A stretch of 64,000 nt of DNA. Origin: Eledone cirrhosa (lineage: Eukaryota). Each line of letters opens with the position of its first letter. Within the stretch, counting starts at the first letter, position 1. The stretch is from positions 302,560,001-302,624,000 of the forward strand of contig OZ024743.1 in NCBI GenBank assembly GCA_964016885.1, written 5' to 3'. The translations under genes and the position numbers were made by a program. Positions 23,790 to 37,844 of the stretch are shown one piece after another. The notes below the pieces were generated by a model, which saw only the letters and a program-made list of their open reading frames with translations, did no database searches and was not told the DNA's origin.

Positions 23790-25450
23790 CACCGAGTAAC
23801 AAAAAAAAATGTTTTCTCTGTTCCTGGCTTGTAATGACTTTTTTGTGTTGCTTAGGTCCCAAATAAATAAAAGTGCTATTAAACAGTTAACATTTTGGGT
23901 TTGTAAAAATTCAAAGTTGTTCACTAGAATTATTTGTATGCGGGATGTTACGTTGTATGTAAGTTTAATTTGCTTATGTTAAATGATTTTTTAAATATCT
24001 TTTAGGTTAAATTAAAATTATAAAATAAATACCTAAAGAAAATAATAAAAGTGCAATAAAGTATAAAATTGTTAAGAAGTGGATTAAAGAGATTTATTGA
24101 TACTGGATTTTCGCACCCTGAATAAAGGGTAAGTTGTATTTTAAGCATTAGTCTCCAGGATGATGCAGTGGAATTTGGTCAAGGAGGAATTGCAGGTGAC
24201 ATGTCAGAAACGTCGACACGAACATTTCTCAGGCTTTTACACTCTTAGGGATGTCCTCTGCTTCTGCCATGACGTTCCTGGACTGTTTGACGTTATTGGG
24301 GGTGCCGTTTGTGCCCAAGGAGTGGCGGCTACTTATAGACAGCTCCACGACAAGTTTAAAGGCTGTCCTCCTCCACAATGGAAACAACTTCCCGACACTG
24401 CCCCTAGCTCATTCAGTCTGCCTGGAGGAAGATTACTACAGTGTGAAAGTCATTTTGGAAGCTATGCAATACAACCATTACAATATGGAAATCATTGGCG
24501 ATTTCAAAATGGTGGCTTTCCTGCTTGGACTCCAAGGAGGCTTTATCAAATTCCAATGCTTCCTCTGCCTTTGAGACAACAGAGCCACCTCTGGCCACTA
24601 CAAAACAAAGAACTGGGATCAGCAAACAGAATTTGTAGTTGGGAACCGGAACGTCATGTGGGAGCCACTGGTTGATCCCAGGATTGTGCTCATGCCGCCG
24701 CTGCACATTAAGTTGGGGTTGATGAAGCAGTTTGTGAAGGCTCTCAACCAAGAATCAGCCGCTTTTAAGAACCTTCTTGAGTTATTCCCCAAGTTATCTG
24801 AGGCCAAAATCAAAGGTGGAATTTTTGTTGGACCTCAGATAAAGAAGTGTTTGAGTCTACCGAGATTTCCAATAAGCTCAAAAGGATTGAGAGAACAGCA
24901 TGGAACTGTTTCAAGGCAGTTGTTAAGGGCTTCCTGGTCAACCACAGAGCTGAAAACTACCAGCAACTGGTACAGGATCTGATAAAGGCTTTTGGTGCCA
25001 TGGTATGCAGGATGTCGCTTAAACTCCATATGTTGGACGCTCACCTGGAAAATGTCAAAGAGAATAAGGGCGCATACTCAGAAGAACAAGGCAAACGATT
25101 CCACTAAGATGTGAAATAGATAGAGCGGAGGTACCAGGGCCACTAAAATGAAAAAAATGAGGTGGGACTATATCTGGGGGCTAGTGCGCGAATGCGACCT
25201 GGACTACAACCGCAAATCCAGGAAATCCAGTCATTTCTGACGTGTATAAGTTGCTTTATAAGTGTTATTTGTTTTTACTTGTTGCTTTTGATAAGCTTGT
25301 GTAATAAAATAAATATATACTCTATTGATTTAATTATATGAACTGATAAATTAAAAAAAAATGTATTTTTTCTTGAAAAATATGGAAATTTCGATATATC
25401 AAACTCCTGACCACAAACCCAAACTTCTGATTAAATAATAGTTTTTTTCT
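23790..25450 (+). mobile_element. Chapaev3-like (CMC) DNA transposon remnant with decayed transposase ~24160-25240
   Basis: WRLLIDSSTTSLKAVLLHNGN, IGDFKMVAFLLGLQGG..CFLCL, PPLHIKLGLMKQFVKAL, GAYSEEQGKRFH. A candidate TIR caccgagtaacaaaa lies at 23790. The family assignment is from recalled motifs. Confidence 0.7.
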
Positions 25451-25751
25451 TATAACCTCCTTATAATATATAACCACCAATTTATCTGTCTGTCTGTCTG
25501 TCCGATAGTGGAAACACGTGCGCACGTGGTTGCTACCTCTCTCTCTCTCCAGCTATCCCTCTCTTTTAGTCTGTCTATTTCTCTCACTCTCACTCTTTCT
25601 CTTTGTAACACACTAACATTCCTCCTCTCTATCGCTGTGACGAATGGGGAGATGGAGGAGGAGGAGGAGGAGGAGGAGAGAGTCACTTCGTCACTTCACC
25701 TCTGCCTTTCTTGATCTCCCCTCTCACTCCCTCATTACGTACAGACATTAG

Positions 25752-25942
25752 GGCGGTGGATTGGCAGAATCTGTAGAGAGTCGGACACCATGCTTCATAG
25801 CATGGAGTTACGTCCCTTTACGGTCTGAGTTCAAATACCGCTGAGGTTATCTTTGCCTTTCATCCTCAAGGGATCGATAAAATAAAGTACCAGTAATGTA
25901 CTGGGTAATTGCTGGCCTTGTACCAAAAGTAGAAACAATTAT
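25752..25942 (+). mobile_element. tRNA-derived SINE, full length
   Basis: A-box-like tggattggcag, B-box gagttcaaatac, central gcctttcatcc..gatcgataaaataaagtaccag, tail gtagaaacaattatt. Confidence 0.9.
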
Positions 25943-26137
25943 TAGAAACATTGCATCATTTTTACATATCTAAGCATTAGTAAAATAACTAATAATTTCG
26001 AAAGTAACTTTTCAATTCCAATTGTTATGAACAGCAAAACATAAATAATAATTTTGTTCTAAGAAATATATATACATTTCTGTGTGTGTAATATATATAT
26101 AGACTAGAACACACTCATTCTTGAGAAATCACCAGGA

Positions 26138-26206
<69 letters not shown>

Positions 26207-26208
<2 letters not shown>

Positions 26209-26280
26209 TTAGTTTCAGAAGATCCGTTAAGGGTGAAAGCAGCGATTCTTTGCTTAAACTTTAATCTTTTATTTTAATAA
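26207..26280 (+). mobile_element. Isolated PLE 3'-terminal fragment between (TA)n tracts
   Basis: gtttcagaagatccgttaagggtgaaagcagcgattctttgcttaaactttaatc. Confidence 0.8.
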
Positions 26281-26288
26281 AGATATAT

Positions 26289-26336
<48 letters not shown>

Positions 26337-26660
26337 GTACGTATGTAATATATTAATAATATATATATAATGTATGTATATATAATATATAATATATATA
26401 TATATATGTTAGTAAATACGAAGAAATATTTATGCTATTCCACACACATATAATATATATGTTATGTCGTCGACCAGTGTTCTAGGCCAGCACGTGACAC
26501 CTGCGTTCCCAGCCATGGCACGCGCGACCTTGGAGTAGTTACCATGGAGATCTAGCCAGACACAGCCGAGTTCTTTGAATTTACAGACGACAACTCTAAG
26601 ACTGGCTTTTGGTGTTTTAACCAACTCACTGGGACCGAGCATATAATATATATATATATA

Positions 26661-26740
26661 TTGCGTGTGTGTGTTATATGTGTGTGTATGCGTGTGTGTG
26701 TGTGTTATATATGTGTGTATGCGTGTGTGTGTGTATTATA

Positions 26741-26772
<32 letters not shown>

Positions 26773-26876
26773 TGCGTGTGTGTGTTATATATGTGTGTGT
26801 GTGTTATATGTGTGTGTATGTGTTTGCGTGTGTGTGTTTTATATATGGGTGTGTGTTATATGTGTGTGTGTGTGTG

Positions 26877-26920
<44 letters not shown>

Positions 26921-27100
26921 TATATTTATATTATATATATATATTATATATGTATATTATGTGTGTCTCTCTATATATATACATATATATAGGTTTAAGT
27001 GTGTATGTGCGTGTGTATGTGTGTGTTAGCGTGTGTGCATATGTGCGTATGTATGAGTGTCTGTATGGTATGTGTGTGTTAGCGTATGTGTATGTATGCT
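26661..27100. repeat. Compound (TG)n/(TA)n low-complexity tract
   Basis: Direct reading of the sequence. Confidence 0.9.
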
Positions 27101-27191
27101 TAATTTTTCTTAAAAATTATAAACTGGTTCTTCCTGTCAGAGATAATAATCTGATTTGAGAATAATGCATCTCAAAATATAAACATGGGTG

Positions 27192-27222
<31 letters not shown>

Positions 27223-27297
27223 CTGTGTTTGTGTTTGTGTGTGTGTTAACTATATATCGGCTAGCAAAAAACCACCCACATGGTGGTTGTCTGCTAG

Positions 27298-28254
27298 TCT
27301 ACATATATAAAACTGAGGATGTCTGTCTGTGTGTGTGTGAGTTTGAATCGCTAAAACTCGAGAACAACCTAACCGACTGTTTTCAAATTCACACATGTAA
27401 TACTTATGTTTCCGGGAGTGTTCTGAGCAAAATAAATTTCAAATGTTCAATGCCCTAGTGACCGCATTAGCGATCTCACTCTATAATTCTTAGTCTTTCT
27501 ATTTTTAGATAGATACATATATATAACGTCACGCCCTTATAATAAATGTATGTATGTCTGACTGCCTGCATTACGTCACTTATCTGAGGATATCTGTATC
27601 TGTGTGTGTGTGTGTGTGTTTGTGTGTGCGGGTGTGTGTGTGTGTGTGTATGTGTGTGTGTGTGTGTGTGTCAGTTTGAATCCTTAAAACTCCAGAAGTA
27701 CCCAACCGACTTTTTTCAAACTTTACATATTACTTATGTTTCATGGAGTGTTATGCACAAACAATAATTCAACTTTTTGATCTCCTAGTGCCCGCATTAG
27801 GTGAAAACCTGCGTTTTCTAAGCTTTTTAAGGGTTTTTGAGGCGTTACCTCAGACCGATTTACTCGAATTTGTAACTATGCATTAGTCAGTCACTTCTTC
27901 ATACCGTGAGCAAAGGAAATCCAAATTGTTATGGCTAGGGCCCGCATTAGGTGAAAACCTTCATTTTTTCAGCTTTTTATGGGTTTTTGGTAGCGTTTCG
28001 TCTAGCCGATTTTCCTGAAATTTCAAGGCATATTATGCACATAAAAACAAATTCATTTTCTTGATCATCTAGCGCCCGCATTAGGTGAAAACCTGCATTT
28101 TTCCTGCTTCATCGAGGAAAATCTTAAAGATTATCCAGCCATCAGAGTATTCTGTTTATTTTCTTTACATATTGTCCACGCATGCAATTTTTCAACGATT
28201 AGGTCTGTTGACGGCCCGCCTTCCGAAATACCTTATACCGTGCAACGAGGCTAG
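27298..28254 (+). mobile_element. Non-autonomous Helitron-like element
   Basis: 5' TCtacatatataaaa followed by (gtct)/(gt) microsatellite. Internal repeats cccgcattaggtgaaaacct (27791, 27941, 28075). 3' end ccgtgcaacg..CTAG|T. Confidence 0.65.
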
Positions 28255-28526
28255 TAATGGGATATAACAAACCAGGAAATAAGACTTAGAACCGGGGAAC
28301 AAAAAATATGTTATACGGGATAAAATAATTAAAATAATTTAAATAATTTAAATAACTCAATAATTATTGACTTAAATTCAATTATTTTATCCCTTGTGCC
28401 AAAAGTAGAAACAATTATTAGCCAAAAAAAAATATATATATATATATTTGTTTTGCAAGGTTGTTGATATGAAATCGTGTGTCGAAACAAATATTGTTAT
28501 ACTTGGGGAGGGTCATATTGTTGTAA

Positions 28527-28715
28527 TAATTGTTTTTTACTTTTGGCACAAGGCCAGCCATTATCCCAGTGTATTACTGGTGCTTTATTTTATCAACCCC
28601 GTAAGGTTGAAAGACAAAGTTAACCTCGGCGGGATTTGAACTCAGAATGGCAAGGGCCGTAACTCTTTGCTGCAAAGCATGGCGTCCGCCCCTCTAGCGA
28701 TACCGCCAATCCCTC
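28527..28715 (-). mobile_element. tRNA-derived SINE inserted in another dispersed repeat (tattgttatact..gggtcatattg family, also ~19170 and ~58245)
   Basis: Same family as 25752-25942. Flanked by duplicated tattgttgtaataat, while the uninterrupted host repeat is seen at 58245-58330. Confidence 0.85.
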
Positions 28716-30779
28716 ACCCTATTATTGTTGTAATAATATTGCCAGAAATAATAACAGAACGCACTCACTATTTGGTTGGTTTTCGCTTATGTATCTTTTA
28801 TATCTTCATAGTTAATCTATTTAGCAGTCAACGTTTATCATTGATTGACGAATGGTTAAAAATACAGATATAAATATATTTATATAGTCTATCAAATTTC
28901 TTTCATTGCACATCTGCAATATCATCCGTGGTACTATAATGATGTTCCCTCCTATTGCATTTTATCGTATTGTAATATCTACGCCATTTTTATTTTATTT
29001 ATTTATTTATTTATTCTGCGTTTGCGTGTGTGTATAATGTTTGGTGTGTGTGTTCGAGTTTCAGTGTATGTGTTTTGGTTTTTGAATTCCATCTTTGTTT
29101 ACTAGTGTGTGTTTATATGTGTTTGTTGTTATTGTACTTGTGTATATATTTATTTATTTATGTATTTATATTTCCCTTAAGTCAGTATTGTTTGTTTCAG
29201 TATGGTTGTTGTTGTTATTCCATTCGTTTTTTTTTTGTTCAACACACAGGCACAGATATATATGTGCGTGTGTGTCCGTAAGGGTGTGATTTGGGGTGTG
29301 AAAGCATTTTTCATCGGTTAAAGTACGCTCCAACCTGAGTAAAATCTTCAATACTCTCTAATATGCATTGTAAGAGGCCCAAGGTAAAAACAATGCAAAT
29401 ACTAATGAGGCAGAATCATGAATTCTAAATGTGGTCTGAAAAAAAAATGCATGTGTGTGTGTTTTATAAAATTAAAGGAATTCGCGAATATCTTCACAGA
29501 TTGATATCAAAAAGTACATTTCAATAAATTTTACTTGCGTCGGAATAACATAGATAAACCGGTTGACATTATTGTAGTATATGGTAAGATATTAAGAGGT
29601 GTTGTATATGATGCATGCAAGCAGAAGGTTAAACTTCACAGTCTAAAAGCAGGTGTTAGGTAAAATAAGAAATATAATTCTAGGTACGAGATAGATAAAT
29701 GAAAGGTAATTAAATAATCGAAAGAGAAACTTAAATTGTAAAAATAAAATTCGTAGAGTTGAGTTGATGTAACATAACAGATATAGTTAAAACAAAATTA
29801 CATCTCGGATAATTAAATGAAAGAATGTGCTAGATGAATTGTATGTAACTAACGTATTCTTAAAATTAATTAGAAGATAGGGTCTCACATCTAGTAGATT
29901 TCACAGATTGAAATATACAGCGACATAAACACATGCGTAAATTAGATATACACCACTTGTTAATGATGGTTATAATTATAAGTTTTGAACAGGAAGAAAC
30001 GTTTGAGCGTTCGATAGAATCCCTTGCGATATTCAATCACTCACTTTATACCTCTCTCTTTCTATGACTTCCACTCACTCTCTCTCTCTCTTTGTATTAT
30101 ATCTATAATTCTAAGAACAATCTTATCACATCACGTATATTTGCTATCCGTCTCCGGCATACTCAACTACTTAATTATTAATTTCACATGTAGGAACTCA
30201 GCTGGTCGAAGAAAACGAATGCACCTCTTCGAGACAGAACAGGACTCTATCCAATGGGAAATAAATTCAGATGTTGATCTTTATTTATGTATGTTTAATA
30301 CTTTTTCATATCATATATGCCTATATGGCGTATAACAAATTACTAATATTTCTCATCATTAATATAAAAATAGGCCCTTCTCAGACACTCTAATGATTTT
30401 GTCAGTGCTCCACTACGAAAGGGAATAAATAATACGAAAACCTACGACAGTAAATTAACTTATTTAACTTTATAGTGTCGTCACTGTTACTAATTTATTA
30501 ACAGGTACATTCAATGCAGCTCTCTCTTGGCGTAAGAAACAATAACATTAATTCCTTAAATTAAGTGAGTTAAAATGCACTATATATCAAAATTGAATTG
30601 TTTAAATGACAAAGGAGTGAATAGTGTGGTTTAATAAGTGAGGGAATGTTTTACTCTATTATATATGAACACAAAATAGAATACAAAACCTGGATATTGT
30701 CAATATATTGCAAATTGGATTCTAATTGGTGTTGTTTACTCCTACAACATAGAATGAGCTGTTGCAGTATAACGCCTGC

Positions 30780-31060
30780 TTCAGCATTCGGTCATCAGAG
30801 AAATGGGAGTAACTCTAAATGCCAAATTCACTATGTTTAATTCGGTATCCATGCCAAAATGTATGTATGGTCAAGAATCTTAGATAACATGCAAAAGGAT
30901 ATGATTGCGGATACAAGCGGCCGAAACGGATTGCTACGAAGGAACATTGGAGTAACTTTACAGGACGGATTTTACGTGCCAAATCATCTGGCAGGAGACC
31001 CAGGAGTAGACCTCTACCAAAGTTATTGCATACCATCTATGAGGTCCAGGTAGTCTCACT
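30780..31060 (+). mobile_element. Degenerate RTE C-terminal fragment
   Basis: MYGQES..RIQAAE..LLRRNIGVTLQD across frameshifts. Confidence 0.55.
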
Positions 31061-31156
31061 TGGGGAACCAATTATAAATGTTGAATTCTTAACGAATTCC
31101 AGTAATAATCAGGAACTGATTATACAGAGCGATTGCCGGTCCAGAAAAAATTATAA

Positions 31157-31657
31157 TTTTCAACAGACAAATCGAGTGCTAAGCCCTTATGTTTACCAAC
31201 AGTATGACATAGATCTGTCAACTTATCTCCCATTGTTTGTTGAAAAAAGAAGTATGTGACATAATCACTATTTTAAAATAATAGCACAAGGTCTTCAAAA
31301 TGCTTTTAATTAAGCATACAGTATATTGCCAAATATACTATATATAAACATTCATGTGTACATCGCTATGTAAGACCAGCAATTCTAATTTTCAATGTCT
31401 GCCGGACCAGCAATCGCTCTATATAATCAGTTCCTTATTATTACTGGAATTACTATAAAAATCCAACATTTATCATTTTCAACAGACAAATCGAGTGCTA
31501 AGCACTGATGATTACCAACAGTATGAAACAGAACTGTCAGCTTATCTCCATTTGTTGAAAAAAGAAGTAAGTGACATAGTCACTACTTTAAAAACGTTCT
31601 TCAAAACGCTTTTAATTAAGCATACAATTTATTGCCAAATATACTATATATACATTC

Positions 31658-31660
<3 letters not shown>
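31157..31660. repeat. Direct duplication of ~180 bp (31157-31352 and 31476-31658)
   Basis: ttttcaacagacaaatcgagtgctaagc...ttaattaagcataca..tattgccaaatatactatata occurs twice. Confidence 0.85.
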
Positions 31661-31688
<28 letters not shown>

Positions 31689-31693
<5 letters not shown>

Positions 31694-32415
31694 ACAGGGA
31701 GAAAAAGACGATTATTAGGAAGAAACATATTTGTTTCCCTTTTTATTTATTTATATATTTAATAATTGTCTATTACAGGTTTCAGCATGTTTATGCTTTA
31801 TCAAATGATAATAACATGTATTGGTGTAGAATGGTGGTGTTGGACATGTTAAAGAAATGATGCAGACAGAATAATGTTATTTACAAACAAGGTTTATGAA
31901 GTGAAAAGAAAAAAGAAAAAAAGGGTAGTAATGAGGATCATAATAAGGCAATGTGAAATAAAGTATAATGATATTTACAGACATAATTCTTGAAAGTAAG
32001 CAGATCAAAATGTGTTAATATAGCAAGAGTGCTTAGTTGATCCATGATGGAGAAAATGTCCCGTTTTTTTTCTTTATTCCTTTCACTTCATAAAACTTGT
32101 TTGTAAATAACATATTTCTTTCTGCACCATCTCCTTAACATGTCCAACACCACCATTCTACACCAATACATATTATTATCATTTGATAATGCATAACATT
32201 TCTGAGACCGGTAATAGACAATTATTAAATATATAAATAAATAAATAAATGCCATTGTTAATTAATAAATAAATCAACTAATATCTTAACACTTCACACA
32301 AAGTAAAATATTTCGTTTTAATCATGTTTTAACCCAGAAAAAAAGAGAGAAAGAAATAAAAAGGGGAAAAAAATATGTTTCTTCCTAATAATCGTCTTTT
32401 ACACTCTGTTTTCAT
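31689..32415. repeat. Long imperfect inverted repeat between (TA)n tracts
   Basis: aaaaagacgattattaggaagaaacatatt / aatatgtttcttcctaataatcgtctttt and ggtgtagaatggtggtgttggacatgttaa / ttaacatgtccaacaccaccattctacacc. Confidence 0.88.
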
Positions 32416-32452
32416 ATATATATGTATGTATATATATAGATATATATATATA

Positions 32453-32574
<122 letters not shown>

Positions 32575-32597
32575 TAACTCGTGTGCTTCCTCTCTAC

Positions 32598-32640
<43 letters not shown>

Positions 32641-32649
32641 AAATATGCA

Positions 32650-33600
32650 CTCGTTCTTAATGTCTGGAGCCTGAACCTTTTTTTATCTAGAGTTTCACTT
32701 TTCACCTCACAGACTCAACAGACATCCCTAAAAGTTCGACAGGAGAGACAGTTTAATTAAGGACAGAGTTGAAAATATTTGGAAACTGTATGTAAGTAGT
32801 AAAATAAGGATTAGAGAATAATGAAGATGAAAACTTTAAAGTGAAAAATTATTTAATAAAGAAATAATGAAAATAAGAAAATATGATTTGACATAACGAA
32901 AAAAGAATTATGGACAATACCATAGAGATGTTGAAGATAGGACAGCCAGAGAAAAATGTTGTTTATGGTTGGCTAACGTTGATGTAAAACCGAAAACAGA
33001 AGCCTTACTTTTGTGCTGCTCAAGAACAAGCAATGCGAAATAACTGTATCAGGCCTAGAGCAGACAAATAGCAGAAAGTGATATGTGTAAAATGTGTTGC
33101 TTGAATAGAGAAAGTGTATGGCATATTACTTTTCAATACACACCACTTTTTCAATACACACCACTTGCTCAGAAAAGATATAAGAGACTTCACTAGAACA
33201 TAGTAACGATAGTTCATTGAGCACTTTGTTGCAAATATGTACTTGACAGAACTGAAAAGTGCTACGACGATAACCCTGATGACTCTATCGAAATTGATGA
33301 TGCAAATATGCTTTGGGACGTTGTGATACAGTGTGATCATGAGATTGAGGATATGAGGCCGGATATTGTATTAATTGAGAAAAAAGCAAACAGTGTTGGA
33401 TCATAAATCTAGCTTGTCCAGCTGATAACAAGGTATGCGAAAAAGAAGGGGGGAAAGGATAGATATGACAGGTTAGCTTGGGAATTTAAGTAGCTGTCAT
33501 CACTGAAAAGGTTATAATTGGAATCTTGGGAGCAGTGACCAAAGATCTTGAGAAGTACATTAAACAAATAGGGATTGCAATACAGATGGAACATTTACAA
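32650..33600 (+). mobile_element. Degenerate R4/Dong-like LINE C-terminal fragment
   Basis: VKPKTEALL, IQCDHEIEDMRPDIVLIEKK, IINLACPADNKVCEKE..RYDRLAWE match an RLE domain. Confidence 0.7.
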
Positions 33601-33617
33601 AGATATATATATATATA

Positions 33618-33719
33618 TAAGTGTCTTGCTCAAGGACTTAACGCATCGCCCGGTTCAGGAAGCGAACTTACAACCTCACGATTGTGAATCCAATGCTCTT
33701 ACCACTCAGCCACACGCCT
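33618..33719 (-). mobile_element. Second SINE family: tRNA-like head plus start of a CORE-like domain
   Basis: aggcgtgtggctgagtggtaagagcattggattcacaatcgtgaggttgtaagttcgcttcc...gtccttgagcaagacactt. Confidence 0.7.
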
Positions 33720-33777
33720 TATATATGTGTGTGTGTGTGTGGGTGTGTTAGCTATGATAATTATATCATTTATAGCT

Positions 33778-33965
33778 TTGGATTGGCAGTATCAGTGGAG
33801 GATCGGACACAATGCTTTGCAGAATAGAGTTACTGCTCTTTATTGTGTGAGTTTATATTCCGCCATGGTTAACTTTGCCTTTCATCCTTATTGGGTTGGT
33901 AAAATATAGCACCAGTAATGCACTGGAATAATTGCTGTCCTTGTGCTAAAAGTAGAAACAATTAT
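33778..33965 (+). mobile_element. tRNA-derived SINE, diverged
   Basis: aactttgcctttcatcc...accagtaatgcactgg...aaaagtagaaacaattatt. Confidence 0.8.
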
Positions 33966-34683
33966 TTATGGAAAATCATCCTCCCTACATGACATGTTGT
34001 GTGCACGAGTGTGTATGCAATTTTAAAATGGTGAATGTTGTTTTACATACAGCTTGGTATTTGTAACAATTGTGTGTTAGCAATCAAATTTATTCGTGTC
34101 AATATTTTGCCCTGAGTAGTTATACGCATGTATAATGAAATTTAGTGTGAGAGAATAAAAATCACCTGTTTTTGTGTTTTTTCTTTTTTAAATTAAATTT
34201 TGTGCAGACGAATTTAATGGATTTGGTGAGGTTAGATTATATACCAATCTAATATTTGGGGTATATTCAGCTAACTGATTAATATGAAGGCAATTAGAAA
34301 TAGTTAGGCCACTCCAATCCTCCTCCGCATACATATATATTTACATACACACATACACATATATATATATAAACTTATGTATATGTATGTGTGAATGTGT
34401 GTGTGTGTGTGTAGGTGGCGTTGGGAGTGTATACATATTCATGTATTTTTATATTTATAAATATACATTACAAAATCGGACAGGATGCAGAGTCGTTAGC
34501 TCGCCGGAAAAATCTGAAACGTCGATGATTACGTTTTGGCCTTTTTTAGCAACCCCTTTGTATATTTGCCTTTCTTACGCTCAATACTGATAAAAAGTTA
34601 ACGGTGCATTATTGGAGTCGATTCTTAAAGTTCCTTCCTTCCCTCCTTTCCCTTTTCTTCACGACATATATACACACACACAA

Positions 34684-34729
<46 letters not shown>

Positions 34730-34742
34730 ATCTTTCTATCTC

Positions 34743-34777
<35 letters not shown>

Positions 34778-35536
34778 CTATCTATCTCTGTGGAAATGTA
34801 GACTACACTATGATTGTATTGAAGTAGAAAATGATAGGTAGGAAATACCGACTGATTCATCCACATGCAGGACTCTAGCCCGGTTATTTGGGACGGCTGT
34901 TTCACTCAGTTTCCTTCATCATTCTTCGAGGCAACGATTTCCTCATGTTATCTGAAGGACCATGAGGCAACTTCTATCTGCGGTTCTGCATGCCAATGTG
35001 CGTTCCCCCATACTGTTCGGTCCCGTATAATGGTGCAGATTTGTTTGAGTACGCTTTCTCAAATTTGCATCATACGGCATATCACTTAAACAGAGAAACA
35101 CGTTATAAAGTTACGTGGATTTGTTTGCATTGCAGAGATTGTAATATATTATTTAACCCTGCTTTTATTTTTACTATAAAACAAAGAATTCAGTAATGTA
35201 AAATTTATCATCATGTTGATATTATATTTATGTTATCAATTTATGGAATGAGATATATATACACACACAGATACACAATATTACATGTAGATTTATACGT
35301 AAATATTCATATATATATATACATGCATGATCAAATGCATATATACACACACATATATTACACATATTTTTATTATTAGTAGCACTGTTAATAATAATAT
35401 CACAATTTTATTAAATTTATGATTTTTGTAGAAGATATTTTAGTAGCGTGAGTGAAGTCGAATTTATTATAGTTGAAGTATTTAAAAGGGTACAGCTGCA
35501 TTGTTTCCCGGTTATAGAGGCAAACTTAACAGTAGC

Positions 35537-35558
35537 AGTAGTATATGTAGCAGCAGCG

Positions 35559-35589
<31 letters not shown>

Positions 35590-35590
35590 A

Positions 35591-35623
<33 letters not shown>

Positions 35624-35635
35624 GTGGTGGTGGCG
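35537..35635. repeat. (GTA)n/(GTG)n microsatellite
   Basis: Direct reading of the sequence. Confidence 0.9.
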
Positions 35636-36399
35636 GTAATAATATAGACTGTTTCTACTTCTTTTAATCGCATTTGTGTGACATATTGCAATGGCAACCA
35701 ACATAGAAACACATACACAATAACGCAGAGAAAGAAACACACGCACACACATGTAAACACACACACACACAAACACACACACATACAGTGTGTCGTGTAT
35801 ATTCATCTACAATTACACCCACGCACAGGCATACACACAAGCATAATAAACATGGAAGTTTTAACAGTTGTCTGTATGAAGATTACATATCAAAAAGCAA
35901 AGAATGTATGAAGAAACAAGTGAAAAATGACCCGTAGATAGAAACAGCATGAGCATAGATACGTATATATATATATATATATATATACGTGTGTGTGTCT
36001 GTGAGTGTGTATACAAGTAGTATGTAGTTATATATGACTGTGTGTATGTGTGTGGAGGACGTGTTCGTGTAATTGTGATAGAAAGAGAGACATGTGGCGA
36101 TAAAATCATACATTAAAGCTAATAATATTTACTTGAAAGCACGCCTATATAATGCATGTATTTATTCATTTGAATGTATACATATACATATGCATTTTTG
36201 TATGTCTATATGCCCAAGTAAACATATCCATAAATCTGTGCATTCATATTTACATATACCATATATATTATCACGCGTATACAGCCACAGATATATGTGT
36301 TGGAAATTCTTATAGTGTGTGGTGAGACAGTCGGGAAACGAAATAGATAAAGACATGTACAAGGGAACGCAATAAACAGATCGTTTAATCTATCACCCA

Positions 36400-36442
<43 letters not shown>

Positions 36443-36454
36443 TCTCTCTCTCTC

Positions 36455-36506
<52 letters not shown>

Positions 36507-36541
36507 TACAGAGAGAGAGGGAGAGAAAGACATAGAAAACT

Positions 36542-36603
<62 letters not shown>

Positions 36604-37844
36604 CTTGCTACATAGATAGATCGATATATGTATATGTTCCACAAACCCATATATATATATATATGTGTGTGTGTGTTAGTGTGTGTGTGTGTGTGTGAGA
36701 GAATGTCTGCGCGTGCATTTTACGTGTATATTTATATATATTATGGATATAAGATATACACAGACGTGGAGATAGAAAGTGAGGCAATGAAACAGTAACA
36801 GACTGAAATTGATAGAAGATGGGTACATAGTAGAAAGAGAGGGAGAGACTGGGTGGGGTTAGACAATCACAGTGTAAGATAGAGGCGGCAAGATAAACAG
36901 CATTGAAAGGGTACTTTTGAAATCATATTTTAATGACATGATTTTTTCATGTATTAACAAGTTTCGAAGATAATAGATTAAATTAATAATTAGAAACATA
37001 CCTATATGTGCGAGCCTCTGGTCATTTTCCGCTATAATGCTTCCATCATACCTGTAGATATGCGTTAGTACATTCACCTATAAACTCCGACGTCTATTTA
37101 CATGTGCTGTTGAGAACATTATACATAACTAAAGAGCTTGTGATTGGAATGAAATAGCCACGCATATTCTTCTGTTTAAATGTTTAGCCGATTGTGGAGT
37201 TACATTCGGCAAGTGGCACATACAACTAAAGTTGTTGATCGTAGAAGTATGAAAAATATTCAAAATAACGCAGCTCATATAATCATTCATTTCAATATTA
37301 TATTTCACATATACATACAAACACAAGCAATTACCCGCAGACAAACGCGCAAACACACACGTCACAAACACACGGGGACACACACACTCATGCACACACA
37401 TATATATGTATATATAAATATATATATGTGCGTGTGTATATAAATATGTATGTGTGTGTGTGTGTGATTGCGTGCGATGTGTAGTATATTTTTCCATTTG
37501 CTCTATTTTTCTCTATATATTTATTCACCTGTGTTTGCGTGGTTTGTGTCTGTGAATGTTTATTCGTGTAATATATCTTCATATAATACATATCATTAAA
37601 ATATAGGACCATTTGCAGGTGATTGGCCATGATACACACGATTCTTGTTTCGTACCATGAGCAAGACAGTTCACTTTTGGATTCTTCCATTTCCCGAGAG
37701 ATAACATGATTATCAGAGAAATTGGTTGTTAATCACAAAATTGAACATGGAAGAGTGTCGTATACTCATATATTTAATGTTTAGATTCTATGTACAAGAT
37801 GTGTATTAACCTGATCATTTACACATATATACTTATAACATATA

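Noticed and set aside
25752-25850. tRNA genes
   Set aside because: The tRNA-like heads with A/B boxes belong to SINEs and lack a full cloverleaf.
27785-28105. Spaced repeats cccgcattaggtgaaaacct as a CRISPR-like array
   Set aside because: Eukaryotic context, related ~130-150 bp spacers and no cas genes. These are internal Helitron repeats.
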